Source of the DNA: Nemertoderma westbladi
Lineage: Eukaryota > Animalia > Xenacoelomorpha
Reading direction: 5' to 3'
Assembly (NCBI GenBank): GCA_032718475.1
Contig: JAUCBJ010000086.1
Coordinates: 1 to 49,969, forward strand
Length of the DNA stretch: 49,969 bases
The notes beneath the pieces are model-generated. The model did no database searches. It saw only the letters and a list, made by a program, of their open reading frames with translations, and had not been told where the DNA came from. The first letter of the stretch is position 1. Each line of letters opens with the position of its first letter. The position numbers and the translations under genes are program-made. Shown here piece after piece: positions 10,451 through 21,372 of the stretch.

Positions 10451-11109
10451 GGTAAGATTCGGTTTGTTATGATCGCAGTGCGTGGCTAATTCACCCAGAG
10501 CACACTGCATGTTATTCATGCTTGCATTCTTCAATTAAAAACAGCAGAAATCATACCACTCTGAAATATAAAAGAAGCGCACCCTTCACCAACAATGAAA
10601 CAAAACACCATAACAATAGAATCCACAATCTTTTTGTCTTTTTTCCATGAAGAACATCAGAACTGCAAAATAATAATAGAATAACAACTGGAAGGTCAAA
10701 GTGGCATAAACCCCATATCAATAACATCCTATATTGAAAGACAAAATTATGGGGTTTGATTGGCTGAAAAATTTATTGAACATTATTGCCTCCTTTAGAC
10801 TATAATACAGTAGTAATTAAACATTTTTGAAAATTTCATGACCAGGAGGAGTAGTGGGGTATTTCTTTAATATTCACATAGTAACAAAACCGATCACAAG
10901 CCCCCAGAAACAAAAGGCAGCAGATAATTCGTAAATGAGTGTCAAGAAAAAACCTAAGCAAATATCAGATATCCCCTAATCACTTGACCACCTAAAGACG
11001 GACTAGGTAAATGCAGTCGATTTCAGACATCACAAAACCTCAGTCTGAGATCTAGGATATACTGTAAGGGTCAGGTAGCAATCAGGAAGAAAGGATTATA
11101 AACAACGAA

Positions 11110-11620
11110 AAGGCTGAAATTTCAGCCCACTAGCGGTGGACTGGAGAACAGCCGAGGGATTACCGACGGTCAAACAACAACCCCGGTTGTAGGTGGCCTA
11201 CGGTCTAGCTATAGGTGGCCAACGGTCTAGCATGTATTTCTGCTAAGTTTCAGCTTAAACGGAATAAAATGAAGGAAACGGTGGAAAGGTTTAACTTTCA
11301 GACATTTCGCCCTCTAGCGGCAGACTGGAGAATTGTGGATCATCCACTTCTTCACAAAGACGCGAAATGTGGCATATGTAACATATGTAACAAATTTCAG
11401 CTTAAATGAATTATGTAAAATCACGGAAATAGGAGAAGGTCATAGGAGAGGGACTGATCTTAAATAACGGAATGGGTTACGGATTTCACTTTCAGACATT
11501 TCGCCCTCTAGCGGCAGACTAGAGAACTGCAGACGGATTAGTCTTTGAATGATACATCTAGTGGTCTAGTCCTACCTAGTCCTAACTTCCAAGTTTCAGC
11601 TTGAACGGATTACTAACAAA
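11110..11620. repeat. ~190-bp degenerate tandem repeat carrying CGCCC(C)TCTAGCGGC
   Basis: TTTCAG...GCCC(C)TCTAGCGGCAGACT..AGAA at about 11120, 11297 and 11490. AAGTTTCAGCTT also recurs at about 11245, 11392 and 11591. Confidence 0.65.
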
Positions 11621-11954
11621 GAAATAGGATTACATATAATGTTTAGACATAACCCTATAGCGATAGACATCAGCTTTGGATCTTATTGATCCCTACAAAC
11701 TATCAACTCGACAGCTTTAATTCCTACAAAATTATTAGAATGTTAAAATCGTAACGAAGACAACAACGACGATGAAAACAACAACTAACTATGTGTCATA
11801 ATTGCCCACCACTCTAACAAGTGTCAGTTCGCTAAGGCTCCGACCCACCCACACCCCTGAGGAAACTGCTACTCAATTACTTACCATTGAAGGGTGACAG
11901 GAAAAGATAAGCGCTGGATAATCCCTTTAAATAATTCGTGCCGAAACTAAAACT

Positions 11955-12015
11955 CCCCTGCCCATGTGGTGATCGAAACCACGACCTTGGGAGAGATGTG
12001 ACCACTAAGCCAAAG
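11955..12015 (-). mobile_element. tRNA-derived SINE-like head (degenerate)
   Basis: The minus strand has an A-box TGGCTTAGTGG and a B-box-like GGTTTCGATC, but no complete cloverleaf. Confidence 0.35.
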
Positions 12016-12570
12016 TAGGACATACTATATGCTCATTTTATCATAATCGAAAAAATGCATAGGACGTTATTTTTGTGGAATATGTTATTGGCCTAAATTG
12101 TAAGAAAATTAATATAAGTGACATATAGGCCTACTCCTATTCCACTACCCCACAGGCTTCTTCCCCCAGGTTTATCTCTAATTAGGAACTGACAAGTGTC
12201 ATTGTCAACAACCCTAGTGTTGACAATGAGTGACTGAGTGAGTGATAAAATAGGCCAAATGTAAGGTTACTCGAAAATATTCATACCCAAGGGGCAAAAC
12301 TGTGACGCTCTGATTTTCCGAAACAGAAACTCGATAAAATTAAACGAAACTCGTTTATACTCGCTACGATCCCTCACCTTAGTCCCAATACCTTGGATGG
12401 GCCACGACGATGTTGGGCTGGGGGTCTAGGTTTGGGACGCTCTGATTGGCCGAAACTGAAACTCGATAAATTTCTACTAGAATAAAACGAAACTCGTCCA
12501 TTTTAATTCATTATTTGCCTATACTTTAAGGTATTTTACTATTAGTAGCTTGACTTTAAATCATATATAA

Positions 12571-13578
12571 TTATCTTTCAATTAAAGCTGTTCTTGCTGT
12601 TCCACATTTAGGAAGGATATATATAAAATTATAACTTACCGGATTGATTACTTTGATCTTAATTTCCACCTTATCGAGTGGATACAAATCCGCGTACGAT
12701 CTCCAATATACAGACGAATATCCATCCTTAGCGCTATTTAAGTCAGTTCCCCAGACGCACATTCCAGCAACAAACCACCACCCTGACTTATATTGACGGC
12801 TGCAGTTTGTCTCATCGTCATCTTCTGGCAAAATAGGCCCCGAGTCGTCCCCTGACTCCCTAAACACGCCGCTTTCATGATCGAAGGTACTGAAAGGATT
12901 TCCATTGGGATAATCTTTTCTTTGGGCTTCCTCCACGGGTTTATGGAAAGGATTCCGACCCTGCTCACCCGCAATCATATCACCTGCATTGCCAGAATAA
13001 CCCGATGCCTTTAATCTATAATTAGTTGCTGCTGAACCTACACTGAACTTTTCATAGCGAGCATGCACGTGTTCCTGAGTGCAAAAGGGTAATGTAAAGT
13101 TGTTAAATTGTTCAAATCGTCCAGAGCAAAGGTACTTCCAATAGACGTCATCGCTATGGCTTCTATCTACCCATATATCTATTCGCATGGGAACCCCGCC
13201 TTTAGAAATTTCGTGGATCGCCTCCAACCCAAGGAAGAAGTTAGTACGCACATCACCAAATCCCGAGGTGTAGTTTACCCAGTTGCGGAAGAAGTCGACC
13301 GATTTGTCAACTCGTCGTTGGATAACTAACCAAGGTCCCCCGTCCGTGTCCAGATCGCAATAAACGAACCCATCAAGAGAATAAAGTTTATTTATATAAA
13401 GGCCGGATTTATCATTGTCATTGAGAAATGTGCAGGGAAATTCAAGGCGTATCAAATCATCCAGATCTGCTAATGTTTTAGTCATTGTCTCATCATGCAT
13501 GTAATCTACGTTAAGCAACATGTTCTCATACATGAGTATCGCCATTTCTTTAGCTGCTTTTTCTGCCTTGTCTTTGTT
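12571..13578 (-). CDS. Fibrinogen-related domain protein (FReD; tachylectin-5/ficolin/angiopoietin-like), exon 3
   Basis: VYCDLDTDGGPWLVIQRRVDKSVDFFRNW..Y..GFG...FFLGLE.IH, YSGNAGD, FSTFD, NC....SGWWF. Acceptor TTTTTAG at 13580-13579, phase 0. A GTAAGT just after ...KVINP (about 12640) may be a further donor, so the C-terminus is uncertain. Confidence 0.9.
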   Translation of the reverse strand, partial: NKDKAEKAAKEMAILMYENMLLNVDYMHDETMTKTLADLDDLIRLEFPCTFLNDNDKSGLYINKLYSLDGFVYCDLDTDGGPWLVIQRRVDKSVDFFRNWVNYTSGFGDVRTNFFLGLEAIHEISKGGVPMRIDIWVDRSHSDDVYWKYLCSGRFEQFNNFTLPFCTQEHVHARYEKFSVGSAATNYRLKASGYSGNAGDMIAGEQGRNPFHKPVEEAQRKDYPNGNPFSTFDHESGVFRESGDDSGPILPEDDDETNCSRQYKSGWWFVAGMCVWGTDLNSAKDGYSSVYWRSYADLYPLDKVEIKIKVINPVSYNFIYILPKCGTARTALIER

Positions 13579-14032
13579 CTAAAAAGTAGAAAATAAAATT
13601 GAAAAGTAAATAAAAGCAATTCATGGAGATAGGGTGATGGTGCCACACGCTACTGGCTCCAGAAGTATAATAATAATACCGTTTTAGGTATAAAGCCAAT
13701 AATGTCCCTAAATCAGCTTCCAAATTTACTGGAAACTGGAATCCATTTAATATAAATTTATCAATATATAAATGATATAAATTTATTTAGTAGCATCTCT
13801 ATTAGTTAGCATTAGTTATTTATCAGAAACTCATAAGCTATAATATTATGTAATGATAATTAAACATTTACTCATAATCTTTTTTCGTATTTTCATTAAC
13901 TAAATACTTTTCGTTCATGTCGAATGACGAAATTGCAGTGAAAAGTCATGAAAGGTTGTGAAACAATTTATAGCAATTAAAATATTTAACGAAAATTATA
14001 TATCTAAAAAAGGTATTGTGTAAACCACTAAC

Positions 14033-14101
14033 ATCTACCACTGCATCTTCTCTCCTTTCAAATACCGAGATTTCTTCGTTTTCATGTAATCCACAAACTT
14101 G
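14033..14101 (-). CDS. FReD gene exon 2
   Basis: TTTCATAG|CAAGTT...GTAGAT|GTTAGT, 69 nt, phase 0-0, QVCGLHENEEISVFERREDAVVD. Confidence 0.6.
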
Positions 14102-14570
14102 CTATGAAATAACAAATAACACCTGGTTAACAATCATGTTTAAAGACGAAAGATATAAGATCAAGGCCAGGCACGGTACTAGACACAGACACGCTATTAT
14201 ACAACATAATTCATTGGGTTTTATGGATTAATATACACTATATTGTTATTAAATATTCAGCTGAATAGACCTACTGTATTTTCAAAAATAAATTGTAATA
14301 AGTTCTATTATTGACTTTTGTTTTGTGGCGTTTTATTAAACTAAAGTAGGCCTACACCACTAATAACCTGCTCACTTCTCAAAATTATTAATTTAACATT
14401 GAGAAGAGATATTATTTCGCTGAGACGGCCAAGGGGCTGGCCACCCTTTTGTCTAAATATTTATTGATAATCCAAAAAAAAACTACAGTATTATAATTAT
14501 TTCATTGACATTGCAGTTTCGTTTAGAAAAAAGATAATAAAACTTTAATGTAAAACCTGGTTGAACTCAC

Positions 14571-14639
14571 GTTTTCGCTCTCTGTGTTCAGAGCGAATAC
14601 AGCGAGAGCAGGGACGAATAACAGTATGAATGAATCCAT
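14571..14639 (-). CDS. FReD gene exon 1 (signal peptide)
   Basis: ATG...AAC|GTGAGT encodes MDSFILLFVPALAVFALNTESEN, a hydrophobic signal peptide. Phase 0, compatible with the downstream exons (about 381 aa total). Confidence 0.7.
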
Positions 14640-15419
14640 GTATGCCTACATATACTGAATATTTCGCCTTAAAATCTTAAAAATCTACAATATTATTTCT
14701 TATTCTTACACTTTTTTATGTTTCTCAATAATATTTTGTTTGTAAAAAATATTAAAGAGTCATAATATTTTATCTCTAAATTAGTGCTTGATGAGCAGGG
14801 CAAATTAATGTGATATGTAATGTATGGCAAGATAAATATATATTACACAAAGCTGAAATTATTTTATATATGGCATAGAGTATGATGATGTAGAATTTGT
14901 ATACATACTGTTAAACAACCATAACCCTTATGCTAGCCTACATGTGCAAAAAATTATACTAAAAGTAGTAGCTATAAATCACAAGAAACATAAGGATTGT
15001 TCTATGTGAGCACATGTTTCTCTCATTACGGATACAGTTCCAGCACATTAACATGACAGTAATTACACAACATTGAAAAGCAAATGTTTAGATTTGACAG
15101 TAAGTAGTTCTACACTTAATACTGGACAGTAATTCTAAAACTAATCCACAGCTGTGGGCGAATAGGCCACCCCCCCCCCCCCCCCCCCCCCATTCAATCG
15201 CTACTTTGAATCACAATCAGACCCTATACAACAACATTGAACAGTCACATTAGTCCACCAAAGTTTGACATTTGAACGGAGCCGCTTCCGCTTTGCAAGA
15301 TATTGCTTAGGTTTTTTTTATAATTTTGAAAAAACTTGTCTAGATACAACTTGTCCTGTAACCATCTTAAACTTTTGTTTATTGCTTTGATGCACCCAGA
15401 TTAATTTTAGCACTTTAAC

Positions 15420-15560
15420 TGGGGGGGAAGTGTCCGGGGGGCAAGTGTCCGGGGGAGAAGTGTCCGGGGGGAAGTGTCCTACTTGGGCGGGGGGGGAAGT
15501 GTCCGGGGGGGAACTGTCCGGGGAGAACTGTCCGGGGGGGGGGGGAAGTGTCCTAGATCC
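15420..15560 (-). mobile_element. Terminus of a DNA transposon with subterminal GGGGGAAGTGTCC repeats
   Basis: 15-bp repeats ending TGTCCTAGATCC. The reverse-complement terminus GGATCTAGGACA resembles the GGATGTAGGACA end of the MULE-like element at 21373-24352. Confidence 0.55.
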
Positions 15561-15564
15561 CCTC

Positions 15565-15775
15565 ATAGAGATAATATGCATTGTGGACACGGCCCTTGAC
15601 TTTCTTGAGAATACTCGTAAAGGATACTGACTGGCCTTGAATGATCTAGCGAAAGTCATGGGTAATAGGGAGTTTTGGTGGGCGCAATTTTGTCGACAAT
15701 CCTGCATAGCCTTCTTAATATATTATATGTAAACATAATGTGGAAGCTGTAAAGCAGCATGTCGACAGGACTATA
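15565..15775 (+). mobile_element. Degraded RTE-clade LINE 3' fragment
   Basis: Homologous to 16870-17045 (GGTGGACA.., TTTCTTGAGA, GATCTAGC..GTCATGGGT, GCAGCAT). Confidence 0.7.
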
Positions 15776-16099
15776 GGCAGTGCGCCATCCCAGTACCATC
15801 CACCATAGTAATAATGATATCTATTTTATCCACATTAATGTTGTAAAAACCGGTTACAAACGTGTAGAAGAGGAGGAAGAGCAGCTTTATTCTAAATCGT
15901 AATTCCCCTGTGACCTCGTTAGCATTATTTTAGGCACGCAAGGAGAGCTAAAGCTATTAGCTTTATTGACCTAGTCTCACAATAATGTCGCTTTAAAAGT
16001 GTCAACGTTTTGGACAACTTGGTCTTCAACTAGCACCTACATTGTGAGCAGTGGGACCATCGAGCCCATTTTGGCACGGATGCGATGGTTTGGATGCGA

Positions 16100-17068
16100 T
16101 GCGATGGGTATACGATGGTTTGACAAGATTTGTGTCTACTGTTGACGGTGACACAGAGCCATTTGAAGTGTTATGGGGCGTCCTCCAGGGAGACACACTT
16201 GCACCATTCTTGTTCATAATTGTGGTTGACTATGTTCTACGCATGTCCTTAGATCATCATAATGATGATGGGGTGATGATAACTCCACCTACAGTACTGG
16301 CTCCAGAAGTCGAGGAAATCCTGCCAAGTAACTAACTGATCTAGACTTTGCTGATGACTTAGGAGTTGTTTGACAGTTAACTTTGAAAGTCCTCAGCAAG
16401 TCTCTGATCGGATGAACATAAGCTCAAAGGATGGTATGCTTGAGCATGTGGACGACTTTTGTTACCTGGGATCATGGATCCGGAAGTCAGGTGAGTCGAA
16501 TACGTAAGGGAAAGGCATGGGCAGCCTTGAATAGGCTTTCTAGGATTTGGAAATCACCGAGAATTAATCGGAAACTTAAGGTCCGATTATTTAGAGCAGC
16601 AGTAGTTCCAGTACTCCTCTATGGGAGTCCATGCTGGGCTCTAACTGCTGAGGACACTAAATCTCTGGATGGCACATTCACACGAATGCTACGCCGGGTT
16701 CATTGTGTCAAGTACAATGCACACATCTCCAACCAGACACTATATAACATTGGAGGTGTCTCATTGGTTCCCCCAAGCTTGACACTAGAACAACGACTCC
16801 GCTTTGCAGCACATTGCTTTCGCCGTGAGGCCCAGCCAGTGCATAATCTTGTACTTTGGCAGCCTCATGGAGTGAATAAGCATGGTGGACAGCCCATGAC
16901 TTTCTTGAGACGCATCTTAAAGGACACTGGCCTTGAAGATGCGGATGATCTAGCAAATGTCATGGGTGATAGGGAGTTGTGGCGGCGCAATTTTGTCGAT
17001 AAACCGGCACAGCATTCTTAAAAATGCAGCTGCAATGCAGCATACCGGTACTGATCCTAGTAGTAGTA
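16100..17068 (+). mobile_element. RTE-clade LINE fragment (RT core to 3' end, frameshifted)
   Basis: GVLQGDTLAPFLF, DLDFADD, FCYLGS, RIRKGKAWAALNRLSRIWKS, LLYGS, RFAAHC, DRELWR; (TAG)n tail at about 17058. Confidence 0.9.
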
Positions 17069-18068
17069 CATTGTGAGCAACGTCGAACTTTTTCACAGTT
17101 TAAACGTCGCGACAACAATTTTATAGCAACTTCGTGTTTCCACGGATATGCTTCACCAAGTTCACCTTTTTCAAACTCTTGTATCTAAAGAATAAAAGCG
17201 AAAATAAAAATTCTGACTCACCCAGGAATGAAGATGAAGGTTCTAATTTCATTCGATCTCATCAAGATTTCTATAAAAAGGTTTGGGGGTGAGGTACCTG
17301 AAAAAATACACTATATTCCAGGACCTGGTGTACTGTATTGTGGCCTGTAATTTATTAATGTAGAGAACCTTTATACAGTATCACGAGAAAGGATTGCATT
17401 CGTATGGGGAGATCGAGGGAAACGTGACTATTGGTTGAGGGGGGGGGGGGGGGGGGGGGGGGGGGGTGGATGGGGTTTAATACTAGTTTATCTTCGCAAC
17501 AGGCGCACCTCATGTGTCAAAACATCATGTTTCTTTGACTTTGAGTTGAGCCAGTCTTCGATTTGATTTTTTGATTTGGAATTTGGTGATAAGGGACATT
17601 TTTAATTTAAACCACAAAATTAAACAAATCCCTAAGATAGACAAAAAAAACAGGGGTTTTATACTATATTCATATGTTATTGACATTTAATCCATCTTTT
17701 ATACATACAGATATTATGTTCGACAAACCAGCATACCACAACCAACACTAAGCAGAATCAGTAACAGTAACAACAAATCATGGAGTAATAAATTAATTGT
17801 ATTAATTTACACTAAATGCAATGGAAATTGTATTCATATTTATTCAGAACGGAATCGAGTTCGGGTGCAGTGGTTTGATGTTCATAAGTTTCCGCATCCC
17901 AGGTATGAACTCTCTCGAATGTACACACGTCAACTATCTGGTAATTCGGGAGGAGGCAAATTTAAATCACTATTTAATCAGTAGTATCCTAGCAACGCCC
18001 TAAACTTATTGTATATATAACTGCGGTACCGGTACAGGTACCTAGTAATCATGATCATCTGATGAAAC

Positions 18069-18158
18069 ATGCCGCCAAAGAGAAATAAAAGCGCTGAAAA
18101 GGGTGTCGGTGGGCCACCGAAGTGGGAAGCTGGACTACTGGCAGCTACGTTTGAAGAT
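18069..18158 (+). CDS. SPAG17: SPAG17/PF6-like axonemal central-apparatus protein, exon 1
   Basis: MPPKRNKSAEKGVGGPPKWEAGLLAATFED|GTAGGT resembles the SPAG17 N-terminus (MAPKK...WEPSLIAAQF). Confidence 0.75.
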
Positions 18159-19042
18159 GTAGGTATAATAATATGTTTATATGTAACATGTAGGCCTATA
18201 TGTGTGTAGTATAGTTCATTTGTAATTAATAGCAGGCCTAAACATTCTGATATTTTGAACTTAATTTAGGCCTAAGGTTGCAGCAGAAAAATTTACCGGT
18301 CACCGGTAGCCTTTATCATAAAAATCATAGTATACTACGGTAGTTTATTACCATAACGAGTTACCAATACAAATACCGGTATAAACATTTTTACCTCAAT
18401 GATCTACAACCATAACCATACTGTAGGATAGGCCTCAAGGCCATTCTGCAAGTAACACTGGCTCTTGTAAAGACAACCGCTAATTTGAATTGTATTTTGG
18501 GACCTGGTTTGTTCTTAACCGGTTACTGTATTACATTACCGTATACATAATTACTTGCGAGACGAGCGGGGGCGGAAGTTTTCGACTCCATCCCAAATGG
18601 ATAAATCAACAACGTTAATTAATCATCAATGAATGGAATGAAACAGGTTGCAATGGCAGGAGGCAGGGTGTTCTACCCAAAAGATTAATCGACCGCCAAT
18701 GACTCTGAGTGACTCGTAAGCAGAACAACGCTATCTACTTTTATAAAACTACCGGTAGGTTTTATATTCTACTTTTATGGAAAGTAAAGGATTATGCTTC
18801 TCTGCATACGGGTGCATTTACCTTATTCCACTGGGGAGACTTGAAAGAAACTCCACGAGTAACACTATAGTCACATATAACCTCTACTCTAAATCGAGCA
18901 CGTGATACAGGGCCACGAGAAGAACACAGTTCTCATCTACAACAATCTTTTTAAACAGACAGTCCTCGTCTTTTAGATGTAAATAAGTGTGAAGTGCATA
19001 TGAGTGTGAGTAGACGATTAATGTTAATAATTATTGATGCAG

Positions 19043-19183
19043 GAGAATTGGTCGGCGTTGTTGGTATTTATTGTTCCCAATCGGTTTGAAGATACAGAGA
19101 ACGTTGAGACGCTAATCGAAGCTGTCAACCAAGGAACTAGGAGGTTGTTTTCTGTTATATCGAGAGAAAAACTATTCAAGGAG
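19043..19183 (+). CDS. SPAG17: SPAG17-like exon 2
   Basis: GCAG|ENWSALLVFIVPNRFEDTENVETLIEAVNQGTRRLFSVISREKLFKE|GTAAGT, phase 0-0. It resembles SPAG17 NDWQASIAFVVGN..ED....AL..AV....RKLFS. Confidence 0.8.
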
Positions 19184-20344
19184 GTAAGTCGTACCAGTGG
19201 TCCCATTATGAATCTAGTCTAGATGGGGGGACCACCCTCTTTGTGTCAAAGTAAAAGTGACACTCTCGGTGTCGGTAGGCATTTCTTGTCCCCAGCCAGT
19301 GTTTTTAACCGGAGTTCGTTTTATCTGTTACGCTCTCACTCTCAAGTTAATTATAATCAGGCGGCTTATTTTTTGTAGAGGAAGCATGGCCATCTAAATG
19401 GCCCTGAGAAGAAGTCTAGAGTCACTTAGCTATTTCAATTCAATGCAGATTTTTTTTTGCTGCTGTGCTGCGGCGGCCTGGGGCAGGGCCGATAGAGGAA
19501 AAAGCGGCCTCTCGGAAATTGTAATTGTGGAAAATCCCCCTTTATAGTTTGATGTGAAACTGTCTACCCCCACCCCCCTTCCCCGCCCCATTTGAAAAAT
19601 AATTATTTATTACAAGGGAAAAGGTATAAGTTTTCTTCATTTTTCTCGAGACATTTTATTTACCGAGCGCCAGCGTGATTAATAAAGGGTCGAGAGAATA
19701 TTGAAAGTAAATATGTACTAAGTTTTTTTACCATGTAATATATAATTTTATTCTTAAATTGGTACTGTTTTTGTTGCTCAAATCTGTTACAAAAGTAGAG
19801 CGATATACTACAGTAGGCCTACAGTTAGTGTTACAAAATAAATTAAATTGAACTGCAGTATTTTACTTATTGCTTCCATAGTTACTGCGATTCAAATTAT
19901 TGTACTCTTCAACTCCTGATGCTTGCTGCCTTACTCAATGTTATATAATTTAGTGTTCTCGAATATTTACTATTACGTAACTAGAGAGCCCATGTGAAGA
20001 ATACCAGGATTTCACTTTTCGGTCGACTTTTTATTGGAATTTTATATATGAAGATTTTTTATTTTTTTTTAATTTGCACATTTAACATCTTCTACTTTGA
20101 TGCTCTTTTCAACACATACTCTATAATAAAATTTAAGCACTTTCACCAAAAAATATTTTATTTTACTTTTTTTTTGGTGGGAAAATAAGTAAAATCAACG
20201 CTATCCACTGAGTGACTTTTTCCATAGGGAGAAAAAGTGCTCCATTATCTCCCTATGTTGGGGTATATTCGAGCCTTAAAATAATCATTTACGAATAAAA
20301 CTGTTTGATAAAATTGGAGGGTGAAAGAGGAAGAAACCAATAGA

Positions 20345-20676
20345 TCACCCCATGAACCACTGGTTCACCCCTTGAACCACTGGTTCACCCCATGAACCTC
20401 TGGTTCACCCCATGAACCACAGGTTCACCTCACGAACCACTGGTTCACCCAGCGAATCACTGGTTCACCCCTTGAACCACTGGTTCACCCCATGAACCTC
20501 TGGTTCACCCCACGAACCACAGGTTCACCTCACGAACCACTGGTTCACCCAGCGAATCACTGGTTCACCCCACGAACCACTGGTTCACCCAACGAACCAC
20601 TGGTTCACCCCACGAACCACTGGTTCACCCCACGAACCACTGGTTCATCCCACGAACCACTGGTTCACCCCATGAA
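20345..20676. repeat. 20-bp minisatellite with palindromic core (GAACCACTGGTTCACCCCAC)n
   Basis: About 16 copies. Each contains GAACCA-C-TGGTTC. A 120-bp higher-order duplication is visible (20361-20480 vs 20481-20600). Confidence 0.9.
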
Positions 20677-20894
20677 TAAATTAATGTTCTGGTCTGGAAT
20701 GGATATTTATGATTTTGTGACTTTCCCTCCTGTTGACAACCATGAAGGGCCGGCCACCTTATTTTGTTTCGCTGGCATAGCTGACATAACATTGTACAGT
20801 TAGTAGGTACGCAATGCACTAATTGTGTATAAGCACAAAGTTATAGATTTGTACCCTGAAAGAAGTTATTGATTGCTACATTATGGCTCCACCA

Positions 20895-20972
20895 TCAGTA
20901 TTCTGCTTTGTTGAATCAAGCAAAGCTTTTGATAAAGTTCAACATGATAAACTTTTTGATAAGCTAATTACT
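20895..20972 (+). pseudogene. Short LINE RT remnant
   Basis: Translates to FCFVESSKAFDKVQHDKLFDKL (KAFD motif). Confidence 0.5.
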
Positions 20973-21372
20973 TTCATTATTGTAATAAAATTGATTCCTA
21001 GACTGTTTAAGTCCCATAACTGATCATATTATCCTTCATTCATTGTGCTTTTTTTGTAAACTTGTTTCTAATTCATCGTTTCGTTTATTTTTTGTTTATA
21101 TTTTTAATTTATCTTTGTTTGTATGTTCTTTAACATTTTATATTGGTGTGCTCTATGAGTTCTCCTTGGTTTTTATCAATTGCTATAAACCGTAAAACAA
21201 ATACAAGAATAAACTTGTTGATAAACACCAAAGTACATAGTTAGGGTTTTGGTTAACTGGTATAAAAAAAAAACTAACCCTACAAGTTAAGCGGGGTAGA
21301 TATTTTTCCAGTATTTTTTTCGTATCTAATAGGGTAAAGCAGGTCGAGGTATTTTGAGTGGTTATTTATTTA

